From the NCBI GenBank assembly GCA_965198945.1, contig CBDAQI010000001.1:128001-192000 (forward strand): a DNA stretch of 64,000 bases, given 5' to 3'. Below are positions 63,122 through 64,000 of this stretch, in pieces (within the stretch, counting starts at the first letter, position 1; each line of letters begins with the position of its first letter). The DNA is from Thermodesulfobacteriota bacterium. Its GTDB lineage: Bacteria > Desulfobacterota_D > UBA1144 > Nemesobacterales > Mycalebacteriaceae. Below the pieces are notes generated by a model that was given only the letters and a program-made list of their open reading frames with translations, did no database searches and was not told the origin of the DNA. The translations under genes and the position numbers were made by a program.

Positions 63122-64000
63122 ATGGAGAGCACCATTCAAGCATTTTCGGGAACCAGAAAAATTCCCATAACAGTAATAACGGGCTTTCTCGGAGCCGGAA
63201 AAACCACAATTGTCCGCAATTTGCTCACGCAGACCGGCGGACGCCGCATTACCGTTATTGTCAATGAATTCGGTGATGTGGGGATTGACGGTGAAATTAT
63301 CCGCTCATCCTGCGGTTGCGAGGAAGGGGAAATTGTTGAGCTCAGCAACGGGTGCCTCTGTTGCACGGTTCAGGAAGAGTTTCTGCCGACCATGACGAAG
63401 CTTGCCGAAAGAAAAGAAGATATTGACCATATCGTAATTGAAACCTCCGGGCTTGCCCTTCCGAAACCGCTTGTCCGTGCCGTTAATTGGCCCGGTTTGA
63501 AACCGCATTTTTCGGTGGATTCGGTCATTGCTGTTGTTGACGCCGCAGGCGCCGCGACGGGCGAAATATGCGACAGAAAAAGGGTTCAGTCCCAGCGTGA
63601 GGCGGATGATTCGCTTGATCATGAAACTCCGATAGAAGAGCTTTTTTCAGACCAGCTTTCGTGCGCCGATATGGTTATTTTGAATAAAACCGATCTTGTT
63701 GAAGAAAATAAAATCAGTGAAATTGAAGCCCTTTTAAGGGACGGAATGAAACGGGGTGCGGCGGTCGTGAACGCCACGATGGGCAATATTCCCGCCGATG
63801 TCCTGCTTGGAATCGGAGCCGCCGCCGAGGATGATTTGGATTCAAGACACTCGGCACATGAGCGGCATCACGAAAACGGGCTGGACCATGAGCACGATGA
63901 GGATATTGATTCCGTTGTTGTGGAAATTAAATTTGACGCTTCCCCTGAAAAACTTCTGGACGCTCTGAAAAAAACGGTTCGGGAACATGAAATTTACAGA
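63122..64000 (+). CDS. cobW: Cobalamin biosynthesis protein CobW (COG0523 GTPase), partial
   Basis: Not in the ORF track (no stop in window). Hand translation KIPITVITGFLGAGKTT, VNEFG, ELSNGCLCCTV, IETSGLALPKPL, DDSLDHETP, NKTD, His-rich stretch. Confidence 0.93.
   Translation, partial: MESTIQAFSGTRKIPITVITGFLGAGKTTIVRNLLTQTGGRRITVIVNEFGDVGIDGEIIRSSCGCEEGEIVELSNGCLCCTVQEEFLPTMTKLAERKEDIDHIVIETSGLALPKPLVRAVNWPGLKPHFSVDSVIAVVDAAGAATGEICDRKRVQSQREADDSLDHETPIEELFSDQLSCADMVILNKTDLVEENKISEIEALLRDGMKRGAAVVNATMGNIPADVLLGIGAAAEDDLDSRHSAHERHHENGLDHEHDEDIDSVVVEIKFDASPEKLLDALKKTVREHEIYR

Overview
A bacterial chromosomal window of moderate GC made up mostly of housekeeping genes: accA-like (partial), erpA/iscA, apgM, lipA, sppA-rpsA-cmk-aroA, dnaB, nuoE, pduO, glnD, nadBCA, ferritin, lon, dnaE, ispDF, purB, gshA, ClC, the F1/b/b' part of the atp operon, class II RNR nrdJ with NrdR boxes, ruvX, three DoxX paralogues, grxD-bolA and the start of a cob cluster. 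Gene content and the split atp operon are deltaproteobacteria-like; Ca. Dadabacteria is a guess. Four small accessory patches stand out. (1) 14.1-15.9 kb: a Schlafen/AlbA_2-HATPase gene plus a decayed type I hsdR remnant. (2) 27.4-29.05 kb: an inverse-autotransporter gene whose passenger has a different base composition. (3) 41.2-42.3 kb: a 106-bp element with 20-bp inverted arms, then a sigma70 promoter, a structured U-tailed leader and a NYN/PIN RNase gene; this looks like an RNA-antitoxin/RNase module and is the best candidate for an undescribed system. (4) 54.6-55.0 kb: a decayed NDT/TIR-like gene. comEC looks like a true pseudogene, and its 3' part holds a cluster of DnaA boxes. Several single-base frameshifts in homopolymers, including one in dnaE, suggest long-read consensus errors. 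I recognised no rRNA, tRNA or CRISPR array. All calls come from motif recognition by eye; no searches were run.
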